From the NCBI GenBank assembly GCA_963831325.1, contig CAWHQA010000038.1:161978-225977 (forward strand): a DNA stretch of 64,000 nt, in the 5' to 3' direction. The position numbers were made by a program, and so were the translations under genes. Numbering within the stretch: the first letter of the stretch is position 1; each line of letters opens with the position of its first letter. This DNA comes from an uncultured Actinomycetes bacterium. GTDB lineage: Bacteria > Actinomycetota > UBA4738 > HRBIN12. Of the stretch, positions 20,018 through 28,800 are shown in pieces. A model generated the notes under the pieces. The model was given only the letters and a program-made list of their open reading frames with translations. It had not been told where the DNA came from and made no database searches.

Positions 20018-20773
20018 ATGAGGGTGATCGACAGCGCCGAGCGAGTGGTGCAGGTGCTCGACGCGCTCGGCGGCGCTCGCGACGGTTTGGGTGTGTCGGA
20101 TGTCGCGCGCGAGCTTCACGTTCATCGATCAACCGCCTCCCGGTTGCTCGGCACGCTGGCTGCGAGCGGCATGGTGGAGCGCGACCACCTGAGTCTTCAC
20201 TATCGGCTCGGGGCACGCATGGTCGGGCTCGCTGCGACAGCGGTCGCGCGGCTCCCAGTCGTGAGCCAGGCCCGGCCCGAGCTCGAGCAGCTCTCCGCTG
20301 CGACGTCCGAGACGGCCAACCTCGCGATCCTCGACCGCTTCCACGTGGTCTACGTCGACCAGGTCACTCCAGCACAGACCGTGGTCATGGCGAGCTGGGT
20401 GGGCAGGCGAAGTCCCGTCCACGCGAGCTCGAGCGGGAAGGCGATGCTCGCGTTCGGCGACCACCGAGCTCGCGAGGCGCTCCTTCGCCGGCGGCTGGAG
20501 CCGCTCACCCAGCGCACGATCACCGACCCCGGCACGCTGCGCGCCGCGCTCGACGAGGTGCGACGCCGGGGGTACGCCTCGAGCATGGGAGAGTTGGAAG
20601 ACGGGTTGATCACGGTCGCCGCCCCCGTGCTGGTGGACGGCAAGGCGGTCGCCGCGGTGAGCACCTCGGGCCCGGCCTATCGAGTACCTGCGAGAGACAT
20701 GCCCGGGCTCGGGCGCCGCGTCATGGAAGCGGCTGCAGCGGTCGGCCATCGGATGGCCGGGCGCAGCAGCTGA
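20018..20773 (+). CDS. IclR family transcriptional regulator
   Basis: An N-terminal winged helix-turn-helix (LGVSDVARELHVHRSTASRLLGTLAASGMV) and a C-terminal IclR effector domain. The start is the ATG at 20018. The gene is divergent from the PHP-IMPase-transporter operon. Confidence 0.85.
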   Translation: MRVIDSAERVVQVLDALGGARDGLGVSDVARELHVHRSTASRLLGTLAASGMVERDHLSLHYRLGARMVGLAATAVARLPVVSQARPELEQLSAATSETANLAILDRFHVVYVDQVTPAQTVVMASWVGRRSPVHASSSGKAMLAFGDHRAREALLRRRLEPLTQRTITDPGTLRAALDEVRRRGYASSMGELEDGLITVAAPVLVDGKAVAAVSTSGPAYRVPARDMPGLGRRVMEAAAAVGHRMAGRSS

Positions 20774-20814
20774 TCGACCACTCGGGTCGCCCCGCTCAAG
20801 CTATGCTTCGCGTC

Positions 20815-21042
20815 ATGGCCGTCTACGAGTTCGTCTGCCTCGCGTGCGAGCACAACTTCGAGGAGCGGCGCGCGATCGGCGCCCGGGTCGAGGCGGCGCT
20901 CGCGTGCCCCTCCTGCGGCGCCGAACGGGTCCGCAGACGCTTCTCGGTCTTCGCGACCGGGTCAGCGGGTGCGACGAACCTCGATGCGGCGCCTGCCTCA
21001 GGCGGCGGGTGCTGCGGTGGCGGCTGCGCCTGCGGAAACTGA
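20815..21042 (+). CDS. FmdB-family zinc-ribbon putative regulatory protein
   Basis: MAVYEFVCLACEHNFEE...CPSCGAERVRR is the CxxC...CxxC FmdB motif. The C-terminus is a Gly/Cys-rich tail. Confidence 0.65.
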   Translation: MAVYEFVCLACEHNFEERRAIGARVEAALACPSCGAERVRRRFSVFATGSAGATNLDAAPASGGGCCGGGCACGN

Positions 21043-21053
21043 GAACCAGCAGC

Positions 21054-21275
21054 TCACTTCAGTCTGATCTTCTCCGAAGTCTCCACTTGGATCACTGCGC
21101 CATCTTGCATCACGAGGACGACCGTGCCGTACTCGATGGCGCCGAGCAGATCGTGCACGTGCAGTAGTAGCTGGCGTCGCTCTGCAGGCATCCCGGCGAA
21201 TCTCAGCACATCGGCCGGGACCTCCGGACCGAGTGGGCCGTCGCCTTCCGCAGCGCGAAGGGGCGTCATGTTCAC
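21054..21275 (-). CDS. DUF2292 (YezD-like) small protein
   Basis: The C-terminus YGTVVLVMQDGAVIQVETSEKIRLK matches the YezD/DUF2292 signature. The gene is translationally coupled to the end of cysA. Confidence 0.6.
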   Translation of the reverse strand: MNMTPLRAAEGDGPLGPEVPADVLRFAGMPAERRQLLLHVHDLLGAIEYGTVVLVMQDGAVIQVETSEKIRLK

Positions 21276-22363
21276 GCTCCGGCCGAGACCTCACCGTGGT
21301 CGAATGCCTTGGGGTTGCGCATGTCCACGCTGACGAGGTCGCCTTCGGACGCGCCCGCCAACTCGTCTTGGGGAACGTGGGCAACCAAGGTGTGATCCCC
21401 ATCGCCGTCGAGACGGATGGTGAGTCGTGCGAGCCAGCCGAGCGAGGAGATCCGCTCGATGCGCCCGATCGCGAGCGACCCATCGCCGTGACCTTGACCC
21501 TGCCCGTTCGATCCCTTGGCAGTGACGCGCACGTCGTGAGGACGTACGAACGCAGTGGCAGCCGAGCCTTCTGCCAGATGATCCGCACCAGGAAGCCGGA
21601 AGGCACCGAGGTGCACGTGGCCCCCTTCGACCACGCCGTGGAGCACGTTCGCGGCACCGACGAACCCTGCGACGAATGGAGTCTTCGGATCGTCGTAGAT
21701 ATCGCTGGGGGAGCCGACCTGCTGCACACGACCCTCGTGCATCACCACGATCTGGTTCGCGAGCTCGAGCGCTTCTTCCTGATCATGGGTGACGAGCAAG
21801 CTGGTGACACCGAGCTCACGATGGAGCTCATCGAGCCACTGGCGAAGGTCCTGGCGCACCCTGGCGTCGAGCGCGCCGAACGGTTCGTCGAGCAGCAGCA
21901 CCTCGGGGCGGGGAGCCAGCGCTCGGGCGAGCGCGACACGCTGGCGCTGACCGCCGGAGAGCTGGTCGGGATAGCGTTTGGCGAAGTGTGAGAGCTGGAC
22001 GAGGTCGAGGAGCTCGTCGACCCGGGCCTTCCTGTCGCCCTTCGCGTGCTTCCGCACGGCAAGTCCGAACTCGACGTTGTCGGCTACGGTCATGTGGCGG
22101 AACAAGGCGTAGTGCTGGAACACGAACCCGACCCGCCGCTCCTGCACGCTCTTGGGTGTGAGCTCAACGTCGCCCATGAAGATGCGACCCTCGTTGGGGT
22201 TCTCCAGCCCCGCGATCATGCGCAGGACGGTGCTCTTGCCCGAACCCGAGGGCCCGAGCAGCGCTGTGATCGCGCCCCCGGGGGCCGTGAACGACACGTC
22301 GCTCACGGCCTCGAACGAGCCGAACCTCTTGGTGAGCTGCTCCACCACGATCGGCGTACTCAT
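21272..22363 (-). CDS. cysA: Sulfate/thiosulfate ABC transporter ATP-binding protein
   Basis: Walker A GPSGSGKST, signature LSGGQRQR, Walker B LLLDEPFGALD, and a C-terminal TOBE-like domain. The ATG at 22363 overlaps the cysW stop as ATGA, and a GGAAGGAAGG ribosome-binding site lies upstream. Confidence 0.9.
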   Translation of the reverse strand: MSTPIVVEQLTKRFGSFEAVSDVSFTAPGGAITALLGPSGSGKSTVLRMIAGLENPNEGRIFMGDVELTPKSVQERRVGFVFQHYALFRHMTVADNVEFGLAVRKHAKGDRKARVDELLDLVQLSHFAKRYPDQLSGGQRQRVALARALAPRPEVLLLDEPFGALDARVRQDLRQWLDELHRELGVTSLLVTHDQEEALELANQIVVMHEGRVQQVGSPSDIYDDPKTPFVAGFVGAANVLHGVVEGGHVHLGAFRLPGADHLAEGSAATAFVRPHDVRVTAKGSNGQGQGHGDGSLAIGRIERISSLGWLARLTIRLDGDGDHTLVAHVPQDELAGASEGDLVSVDMRNPKAFDHGEVSAGA

Positions 22364-23220
22364 GTGCGTACCTTCCTTCCTTCGATGCGGTGCCTCGCCG
22401 TTTCGATCCCGACGAGCAGAACGATCGACACCGCAGCGAGGGTCAGGGCGACTATGTAGGCCTCCGCTTCCTGACGTTCCTCGATGGCGGTGAAGATGAA
22501 CAGGGTGGCCGTCTCCGTCTTGCCCTTGATCAATCCGCTCACGATCAGAACGGCACCTATCTCGCCGATCGAGCGCGCGATCGTGAGTGCCACGCCGTAG
22601 AGGATCCCCCACCGGATGTTCGGCAGGGTGACCTTGCGCCACGTCTGCAAGATCGACGCGCCAAGAGTGCGGGCTGCGTCCTCCTCATCCTTGCCGATCT
22701 CCTGGAGCACCGGCACGACCTCACGGATCGTGAATGGGATGCAGATGAAGATCGTCACGAGCACCATGGAAGGCACAGCGAAGATGATGTCGATGCCGCG
22801 GGCGTCGAAGAACGGCTTGAGCCACCCGCCGGCTCCGAACAAGATCACCGCGGCGAGTCCGACGGTCACCGGTGACAACGCGAACGGCAGGTCAACGAGG
22901 GCGTTGAGCAGTGACTTGCCCACGAACCGCTGTCGCACGAGAACCCACGCGGTGATCACCCCGAACACCGTCGTCACAGCCGCTGTGATCAGGGTGATGA
23001 CTCCGGTCAAGACGAACGCATGCTGCACGTCCGGCCGTGAGAACGTTTCGGCGACCTTCGACCAGCCCGGCTCGAGGGCAGTGATAACGATGCCCACGAG
23101 GGGCAGGAGCAGCAGGATGCCGACGTACACGATGCACGCCGTCACTATCCCGCCGCGGACGAGGCGCCGGCGACCGCCGCCGGAAAGGGAGACGGTGGGG
23201 CTGTCGGAGGGGGTCCTCAT
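22360..23220 (-). CDS. cysW: Sulfate ABC transporter permease
   Basis: A CysW/CysT-type permease (...EEDAARTLGASILQTWRKVTLPNIRWGILYG...) on the same strand as the rest of the operon. Confidence 0.85.
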   Translation of the reverse strand: MRTPSDSPTVSLSGGGRRRLVRGGIVTACIVYVGILLLLPLVGIVITALEPGWSKVAETFSRPDVQHAFVLTGVITLITAAVTTVFGVITAWVLVRQRFVGKSLLNALVDLPFALSPVTVGLAAVILFGAGGWLKPFFDARGIDIIFAVPSMVLVTIFICIPFTIREVVPVLQEIGKDEEDAARTLGASILQTWRKVTLPNIRWGILYGVALTIARSIGEIGAVLIVSGLIKGKTETATLFIFTAIEERQEAEAYIVALTLAAVSIVLLVGIETARHRIEGRKVRT

Positions 23221-24080
23221 GCGTCGTCCTCCTTCCGCTTGAGCAGGCGAGCGGTCACCAGCACGAGCACGAACGAGAGTGCGAACAACAGCGTCGCGAC
23301 GGCCGCCGCCTCGATCGGGCGGAACTGGTTCGCGAGCTGGAAGATGAAGACGGGCGCCGTGAGGGTCTCCCCCGCCCGGTTGCCCGCTACGAGCACGACG
23401 CTGCCGAACTCGCCGAGACAGCGAGCGAAAGTCAGGAGCGTGCCACCCACGATGGCCACTCGGATCGCTGGCAATACGACCTTCCGGAACGTGGTGAAGC
23501 TGTTTGCACCGAGCGTGGCCGCCGCTTCCTCTTCAGCGTCGTCGAGCTCCTGCAGCACAGGCTGCACGCTCCGCACGACGAGTGGCAGAGTCACGACGAG
23601 CAGCGCAAGCATGATCGCGATCGGCGTGAAGATGACCTGGATGCCGAGGCGATCGAGGACACCCCCGATCGGCGATGCGGGCCCGTACAGGGCCACGAGC
23701 ATCACTCCCGTGACGAGCGTGGGGATCGCGAGCGGCAGGTCGACGACCGCCGAGAGCAGCCGCTTGCCGGGGAAGGAGAACCGCACGAGCACGTAGGCAA
23801 GCATCGTGCCCATCACCGCATTGATCGCCGCAGCGAGGGCGGACGTGATCAGTGTGAGCCGGATGGCTGCCACCGCGCCCGGCACTCCGAGCGCTGTGCG
23901 CAGTCCTTCGAGCCCGTCCCCGAACCCCTTCACGACGACCGCCGTGACGGGCAGGGCCACCATCGCCCCGAGGTAGACGATGGCAACGCCGCGCAAGGTG
24001 AATCGTCGCAGCCGTGCAGCTGACCGCGGAGAGAGCCGGGTCCGACTGCGTTCGATGGTGACTTGCGCGGCGCTGCTCAT
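23217..24080 (-). CDS. cysT: Sulfate ABC transporter permease
   Basis: A paralogous permease (EEEAAATLGANSFTTFRKVVLPAIRVAIVGG). I chose the ATG at 24080 (MSSAAQVTIE). The upstream part of the ORF is Ser/Arg-rich. Confidence 0.85.
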   Translation of the reverse strand: MSSAAQVTIERSRTRLSPRSAARLRRFTLRGVAIVYLGAMVALPVTAVVVKGFGDGLEGLRTALGVPGAVAAIRLTLITSALAAAINAVMGTMLAYVLVRFSFPGKRLLSAVVDLPLAIPTLVTGVMLVALYGPASPIGGVLDRLGIQVIFTPIAIMLALLVVTLPLVVRSVQPVLQELDDAEEEAAATLGANSFTTFRKVVLPAIRVAIVGGTLLTFARCLGEFGSVVLVAGNRAGETLTAPVFIFQLANQFRPIEAAAVATLLFALSFVLVLVTARLLKRKEDDA

Positions 24081-24117
24081 CGTCGTCTGTAGGTCCTTTC
24101 GGGGTTGGACCGTCTGG

Positions 24118-25204
24118 TCAGCCGGCGATCGCCTGGGTGACGACGCCGCTGTCGCTGAACAACTGCTCGTTGAGGGCGTCCCAGCCACCGATCTCATCGA
24201 CCGTGAAGAGGTCGTCGATAGCAGGGAACTGCCCACCGCCCTTCTGGGCTTCCTTCACGTCCGTCGATCGAAGGAAGCCGACGTCGGTGAAGATCTCTTT
24301 CGCCTCGGGCGAGTGCAGGTAGTCGACGAATGCTTCGGCCACCTCGCGCACGCAGTGCTCGTCGACCCACTTGTCGACGATCGCGACCGGGTTCTCGATC
24401 AGCACCGTCGACGGGGGATAGACGGCCTCGTCGTCGAGACCTGCTTCCTGGGCGGTGAGCACCTCGTTCTCGTAGGTGAGTCGCGACGTCGCCGTTTCCC
24501 GCTTCGAAGTTCTGGATCGAGTCGCGCGCGTTCTTGTCGAACACGATGACGTTGCCGAGCACGTCCTGCATCAGCTTCGTCGCTCCGGCCTCATCGCCTT
24601 CATTCACGCCGGCGTAGCCACGAAGAGCCGCGCCCCACAGGGAGACGAGGTTCCACCGTGCACCGCCGCTCGATGCGGGGTCGGGGGTGAGGATCTCGGC
24701 GCTGCCGAGGTCATCCCAGTCGGCGATGCCAAGCGGGTTGCCGGGACGCACGTCGAAGACCACGACCGAGCTCGACACCATGCCGGCATCAGTCGTGTCG
24801 GTCCAGTCGTGTGTGATGACGCCGGCGTCCGCGATCTGGTCGACATCCGGAGCGAGCGAGAGCGCGACCACGTCGGCCTCGTAGCCAGCGATGACGTTGG
24901 CGGCTTGCGTGGTCGAGCCCGCGTAGGACTCCTGGAAGATCACGTTCTGGTCGTTGTTGTCTTCCTTCCACTGCGAGACGAACGCCGGGATGATCTTGCC
25001 GTACGCCTCACGGGGTGTGCTGTAGGCGGCGAAGTTGATCACCGGGGTCTCGGCAGGCTCACATTCGCCTGAAGCGGTCGTGCCTTCGCCGCCCTCTGCG
25101 GAGGAGCATGCTGCGAAGATCGTGACGGCAGCGAGCGCAAGCGCGATGGACCGCGCATATCGGGCATTCGCAGCGAAGCGTCGCGGGGGGTGGTGGACGA
25201 ACAT
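24118..25204 (-). pseudogene. sbp: Sulfate-binding protein Sbp/CysP (lipoprotein) disrupted by a single-base insertion near 24483
   Basis: The N-terminal 240 aa, in the frame of ORF 24194..25204, has a lipoprotein signal (ALAAVTIFAAC) and Sbp blocks up to GNGDVA. The C-terminal 114 aa (VAITYENEVLTAQEAGLDDEAVYPPSTVLIENPVAIVDKWVDEHCVREVAEAF...) is in the frame of ORF 24118..24462. The sequence gcgactcacc reads as gcgatcacc with an extra c. Confidence 0.65.
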
Positions 25205-25485
25205 CGAAGCTCCTTTCGATGGACCGGCCGTATGCCGGTGGCCTTGGGTGCTCGGCCTCCGGTGGTCCGGTCAACCGAAAGGGTTTCGCGCGGCGGTGTC
25301 GCAGATCGCGATCCGGCCGGGCCTTTCGAGTGCAACGCCTCCGGTGATCCGGTCGGCGTGACGCGTTAGAAGTACCCGCTGGGGACGGTGGTGTCAAGGA
25401 ACGGCGTGCAACATGGGTCTCCTGCGACGAGAATGCAACACAAGTCCGATGCCACAAGTCTGATGGCGGATAGGACGGATGGCCG

Positions 25486-25515
25486 TTGACCCTGCCCCGA
25501 CGCCGGGGGTACTCT
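25486..25515 (+). promoter_or_regulatory. Candidate sigma-70-like promoter, TTGACC-N18-TACTCT, for the Na/Pi-like transporter gene
   Basis: The hexamers were read directly from the sequence, with 18-nt spacing, about 100 nt upstream of the ATG at 25619. It sits in a 414-bp divergent intergenic region whose GC content is locally lower than the surrounding DNA. Confidence 0.35.
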
Positions 25516-25618
25516 CGCCGTGCAGCTGACCGGAAAGACCGGAGGCCGCAACGCACAGGGGGAACGCCAGTTCCCGCGCCGCGTTGCGGCCCCTTACGTT
25601 TCAGGAGAGAGCCTGAAC

Positions 25619-26866
25619 ATGTCGAAGCGATCATCGAAGGAGCTCGAACGCGACCTCGAGCAAGAAGCGAAGCTGGTCGAGATCGACGGCGAGTTCTGCG
25701 TCCCGGTCGAGGCGAACCAAGCGCGGTACCTCCTCGACTGGGGACCGTTCGAGGCACCTCGGTCCCCGTGGGATATCGCGAAGAAGCTGCTCCTCTTCGT
25801 ACCGGCGATGTTCCTGTTCATCCTCGCCGTGCAGCTGATGAAGGAAGGGGCCGCGGCCGTCGGCCCACAGATCGAAGGGCAGTTCCCGTTCGCCAACGGG
25901 GTGTCGACCCTGGGTGCCGGTTGGCTCGGCGCCTACTTCGTGCTCTCCGGCTCACCGGTCGCCGCGACGGCGATCAGCCTCTTCGGCGCCGGTACGCTCA
26001 CGAAGCTGCAGGCCTTCACGATGCTCTCGGGCTCGCGACTGGGCGCGTCGTTCATAGTGTTGCTCACCGGATTCCTGTACGCGACGAAACAGGCGAAGGT
26101 GCAGATCGCAGCCGGCGCGTCGAGAGCCGACATCAAGCGGGGTCGCAGCGACTCGATCGGCATCGGCATCCAGGCGATGACGATGACCGCGATCGTGTAC
26201 CTGCCCGGCATGGTGATCGGCTACGCCTTCATCCGCGCTGGTTGGCTCGACGGCTTCGACCTGCACGCATCGGGCAAGCTCAACGCGATCCTCGGCACCC
26301 TGTGGGGTCCGATCGTCGACCTCGTGCAAGAGAACGTGCCGGGCTGGTCGCTGTTCCTGATCGGCCTCGGAGTGATCCTGGTGTCGTTCAACCTGATCGA
26401 TCGGGTGTTGCCGCACGTGAGCAGCGACGCCACGGCTTCGAAGCGCGCCGCATGGCTGAAACATCCATGGACGATGTTCTTCCTCGGCTGCATCGTCGCG
26501 ACGCTGACGCTCTCGGTGTCGGTGGCGCTCACGGTCTTGGTGCCCCTCGCCGCAAAGGGACTCATCAAGCGCGAGGAGGCGCTCCCGTACATCATGGGCG
26601 CCAACATCACGACCCTTGCCGATACGCTGGTCGTGGCGATGCTGCAACCGACCCCCGACGCTGCTCAGGTGGTGCTCGCCGAGGCGATCGGGGTTACGAT
26701 CGTGTCGCTGCTGATCCTGGCCTTCATCTACAAGCCGGTGCAGAGCACGGTGCTGCGCCTCGACGAGTTCCTGGTGGCCAAGAATCGGCGACTCGTGCTC
26801 TTCGTCGGCACGCTGTTCCTGATGCCGATCGGTCTGCTGGCGACGGGATTCATCTACACAACGTGA
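25619..26866 (+). CDS. Na+/phosphate cotransporter family (NptA/YjbB-like) membrane protein
   Basis: A polytopic membrane protein with the family motif IMGANITTLADTLVVAM (the GANIGTT-type repeat). Starts at the ATG at 25619 with an AGGAGAGAG ribosome-binding site. The upstream part of ORF 25520.. is leader sequence. Confidence 0.65.
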   Translation: MSKRSSKELERDLEQEAKLVEIDGEFCVPVEANQARYLLDWGPFEAPRSPWDIAKKLLLFVPAMFLFILAVQLMKEGAAAVGPQIEGQFPFANGVSTLGAGWLGAYFVLSGSPVAATAISLFGAGTLTKLQAFTMLSGSRLGASFIVLLTGFLYATKQAKVQIAAGASRADIKRGRSDSIGIGIQAMTMTAIVYLPGMVIGYAFIRAGWLDGFDLHASGKLNAILGTLWGPIVDLVQENVPGWSLFLIGLGVILVSFNLIDRVLPHVSSDATASKRAAWLKHPWTMFFLGCIVATLTLSVSVALTVLVPLAAKGLIKREEALPYIMGANITTLADTLVVAMLQPTPDAAQVVLAEAIGVTIVSLLILAFIYKPVQSTVLRLDEFLVAKNRRLVLFVGTLFLMPIGLLATGFIYTT

Positions 26867-26905
26867 TACCGGGGGTCGCCGGCATGCCCGGCGTAGACTC
26901 CGACC

Positions 26906-27121
26906 GTGGGCGACGACACGACGACCGAGATCACGATGGCCGACAGCCAGGGCACCGCCGACGAGCAGTTGACGGCCCTCGAGCTTTCCGAGGAGGAACG
27001 CCTCGTGCTTGCCAAGGTCGCCGGTATCGTCCGGCGCATCAGCTACGGCACGGTCGTGTTGGTGATCCAGGACGGCAAGGTCGTGCAGATCGAGATGGCC
27101 GAGAAGTTCCGGCTGCGATGA
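26906..27121 (+). CDS. DUF2292 (YezD-like) small protein, paralog of 21054..21275
   Basis: The C-terminus YGTVVLVIQDGKVVQIEMAEKFRLR is nearly identical to that of the other copy. The gene lies immediately upstream of an SsuB-like ATPase. Confidence 0.6.
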   Translation: MGDDTTTEITMADSQGTADEQLTALELSEEERLVLAKVAGIVRRISYGTVVLVIQDGKVVQIEMAEKFRLR

Positions 27122-27149
27122 GGCCCCAACCAACCATGAGAGCGGATCG

Positions 27150-27992
27150 ATGAGCGACGTGATGACCACGGCGGCGAGGCCGGCGCCCGCCCCTGATGGC
27201 GCGCCGCCGAAGCTCGCGGTGCACGACCTCGTGAAGACACGTCGTTCGACGAGCGGGTCGTTCGTCACCGCGGTCGATCACGTGACGTTCGACGTGCATG
27301 TCGGCGAGTTCGTGTGCCTGCTCGGCCCCTCGGGATGTGGCAAGACATCGATCCTCAACGTGCTCGCGGGCCTCGACGAGCCCACCTCGGGGCAGGCGTT
27401 GCTCGACGGACGATCGATCACAGGGCCGGGCCCCGATCGCGCCGTGCTGTTCCAGGAGCCGGCGTTGTTCCCCTGGCTTACGGTCGCCGGCAACGTCGAG
27501 CTCGCGCTCAAGCTCACTGGTGTGCCGAGCGACCAGCGTCGTGAACGCGCGCGTCGGTGGCTCGAGAACGTTGGACTCGGTTCGTTCGGCGACGTGCAAC
27601 CACACGAGCTGTCGGCTGGCATGCGCCAGCGCGCCCAGCTCGCCCGGGCGCTCGCGTCCGAACCCGACGTGCTGCTCGGCGACGAGCCCTTCGGGGCGCT
27701 CGACGCGCAGGCGCGCGAGCTCCTGCAGGACGAGGTGCAGCGCGTCTGGCTCGAACGAGGCGGACGCAAGACCTTCGTGTTCGTGACGCACAACGTGCGC
27801 GAAGCCGCCCTCCTCGCCGATCGCGTTCTCGTCATGTCGGCGGCACCGGGCCGGTTGCTCGAGGAGGTGCGTATCAGCGCGCCTCGCCCCCGCCAGCTCG
27901 ACGACGTCCTCGTGACGCGAGTCGTCTCCGACGTGCACGAGCTCCTCATGCGCGAAGTGGGGCGGGCGAGCGCCGAAGGCAGCGATCGATGA
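27150..27992 (+). CDS. ABC transporter ATP-binding protein (nitrate/sulfonate/taurine family, SsuB/TauB-like)
   Basis: Walker A GPSGCGKTS, signature LSAGMRQR and Walker B LLGDEPFGALD. The protein is 280 aa. Confidence 0.9.
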   Translation: MSDVMTTAARPAPAPDGAPPKLAVHDLVKTRRSTSGSFVTAVDHVTFDVHVGEFVCLLGPSGCGKTSILNVLAGLDEPTSGQALLDGRSITGPGPDRAVLFQEPALFPWLTVAGNVELALKLTGVPSDQRRERARRWLENVGLGSFGDVQPHELSAGMRQRAQLARALASEPDVLLGDEPFGALDAQARELLQDEVQRVWLERGGRKTFVFVTHNVREAALLADRVLVMSAAPGRLLEEVRISAPRPRQLDDVLVTRVVSDVHELLMREVGRASAEGSDR

Positions 27993-28798
27993 GCGTCGTC
28001 GCGGCGCGTCACCTGCCTCGATTCGGCCTCCGCCGCCTCTGGCACGAGATCGGGCCGCCGCTCGCCGGCATCGCCGGGCTGATCGCGGTCTGGGCAGCGA
28101 TCGCGGCACTCACGACGACGGCGGGCGTGCCCTCGCCGCTCGACACGTGGGAGGCGTTCGTCGAGGGCATCAGCGACGGCACCCTGCCCGAAGCCACCCT
28201 GAAGACCCTGATCCGGCTCGTCTTCTCGTTCGCGCTCGCCGTCGTGATCGGCACCCTGCTCGGGGTCGGTTTCGCGCTCAACGAGTTCGCGCACCGCTCG
28301 ATCCGCCCGCTCGTGGTGGCCCTGCAGATCGTGCCGTTCGTCGCATGGGTACCGATCGCCGTGATCTGGTTCGGGCCCACCGAGCGAGCGGTTGTCTTCG
28401 TCACCGTGGTCGGTTCGTTCCCATCGATGACACTCGCCACGATGGCCGCGATGCGGCAGGTACCACCGATCCTCAAACGGGCCGGTCGCACGCTCGGCGC
28501 GCAGGGGTGGACCCTCTACCGCGACGTGATCCTGCCGGCGGCCTTGCCCGGGTTCCTGGCGGGCCTGCAGCAAGCATGGGGCTTCGCATGGAAGGCGCTC
28601 ATGGCCGCCGAGCTGATCATCGCCGCGGCCGGGGCCGTCGGGCTCGGACACCTGCTCGCCCGCGAGGCAGACGACGTGCCGACCCTCCTCGCCGCGGTCG
28701 CGGTGATCGCGGTGATCGGTGTGCTCGTCGACTACCTGATGTTCAACCGCCTCGACCGTCGTGTGCGGCGGCGTCGCGGCCTGCTCATCGAAGGCTGA
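27989..28798 (+). CDS. ABC transporter permease (SsuC/TauC-like)
   Basis: Its ATG overlaps the ATPase stop as ATGA. The protein has six TM helices and the permease EAA-like loop (...ILKRAGRTLGAQGWTLYRDVILPAALPG). Confidence 0.9.
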   Translation: MSVVAARHLPRFGLRRLWHEIGPPLAGIAGLIAVWAAIAALTTTAGVPSPLDTWEAFVEGISDGTLPEATLKTLIRLVFSFALAVVIGTLLGVGFALNEFAHRSIRPLVVALQIVPFVAWVPIAVIWFGPTERAVVFVTVVGSFPSMTLATMAAMRQVPPILKRAGRTLGAQGWTLYRDVILPAALPGFLAGLQQAWGFAWKALMAAELIIAAAGAVGLGHLLAREADDVPTLLAAVAVIAVIGVLVDYLMFNRLDRRVRRRRGLLIEG

Positions 28799-28800
28799 GC

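Noticed and set aside
25205-25618. SAM-IV or guanidine-type riboswitch in the sbp or Na/Pi leader
   Set aside because: I compared it by eye with the SAM-IV consensus core and the mini-ykkC ACGR hairpins as I remember them, and saw no convincing match. I keep it only as an unclassified structured leader.
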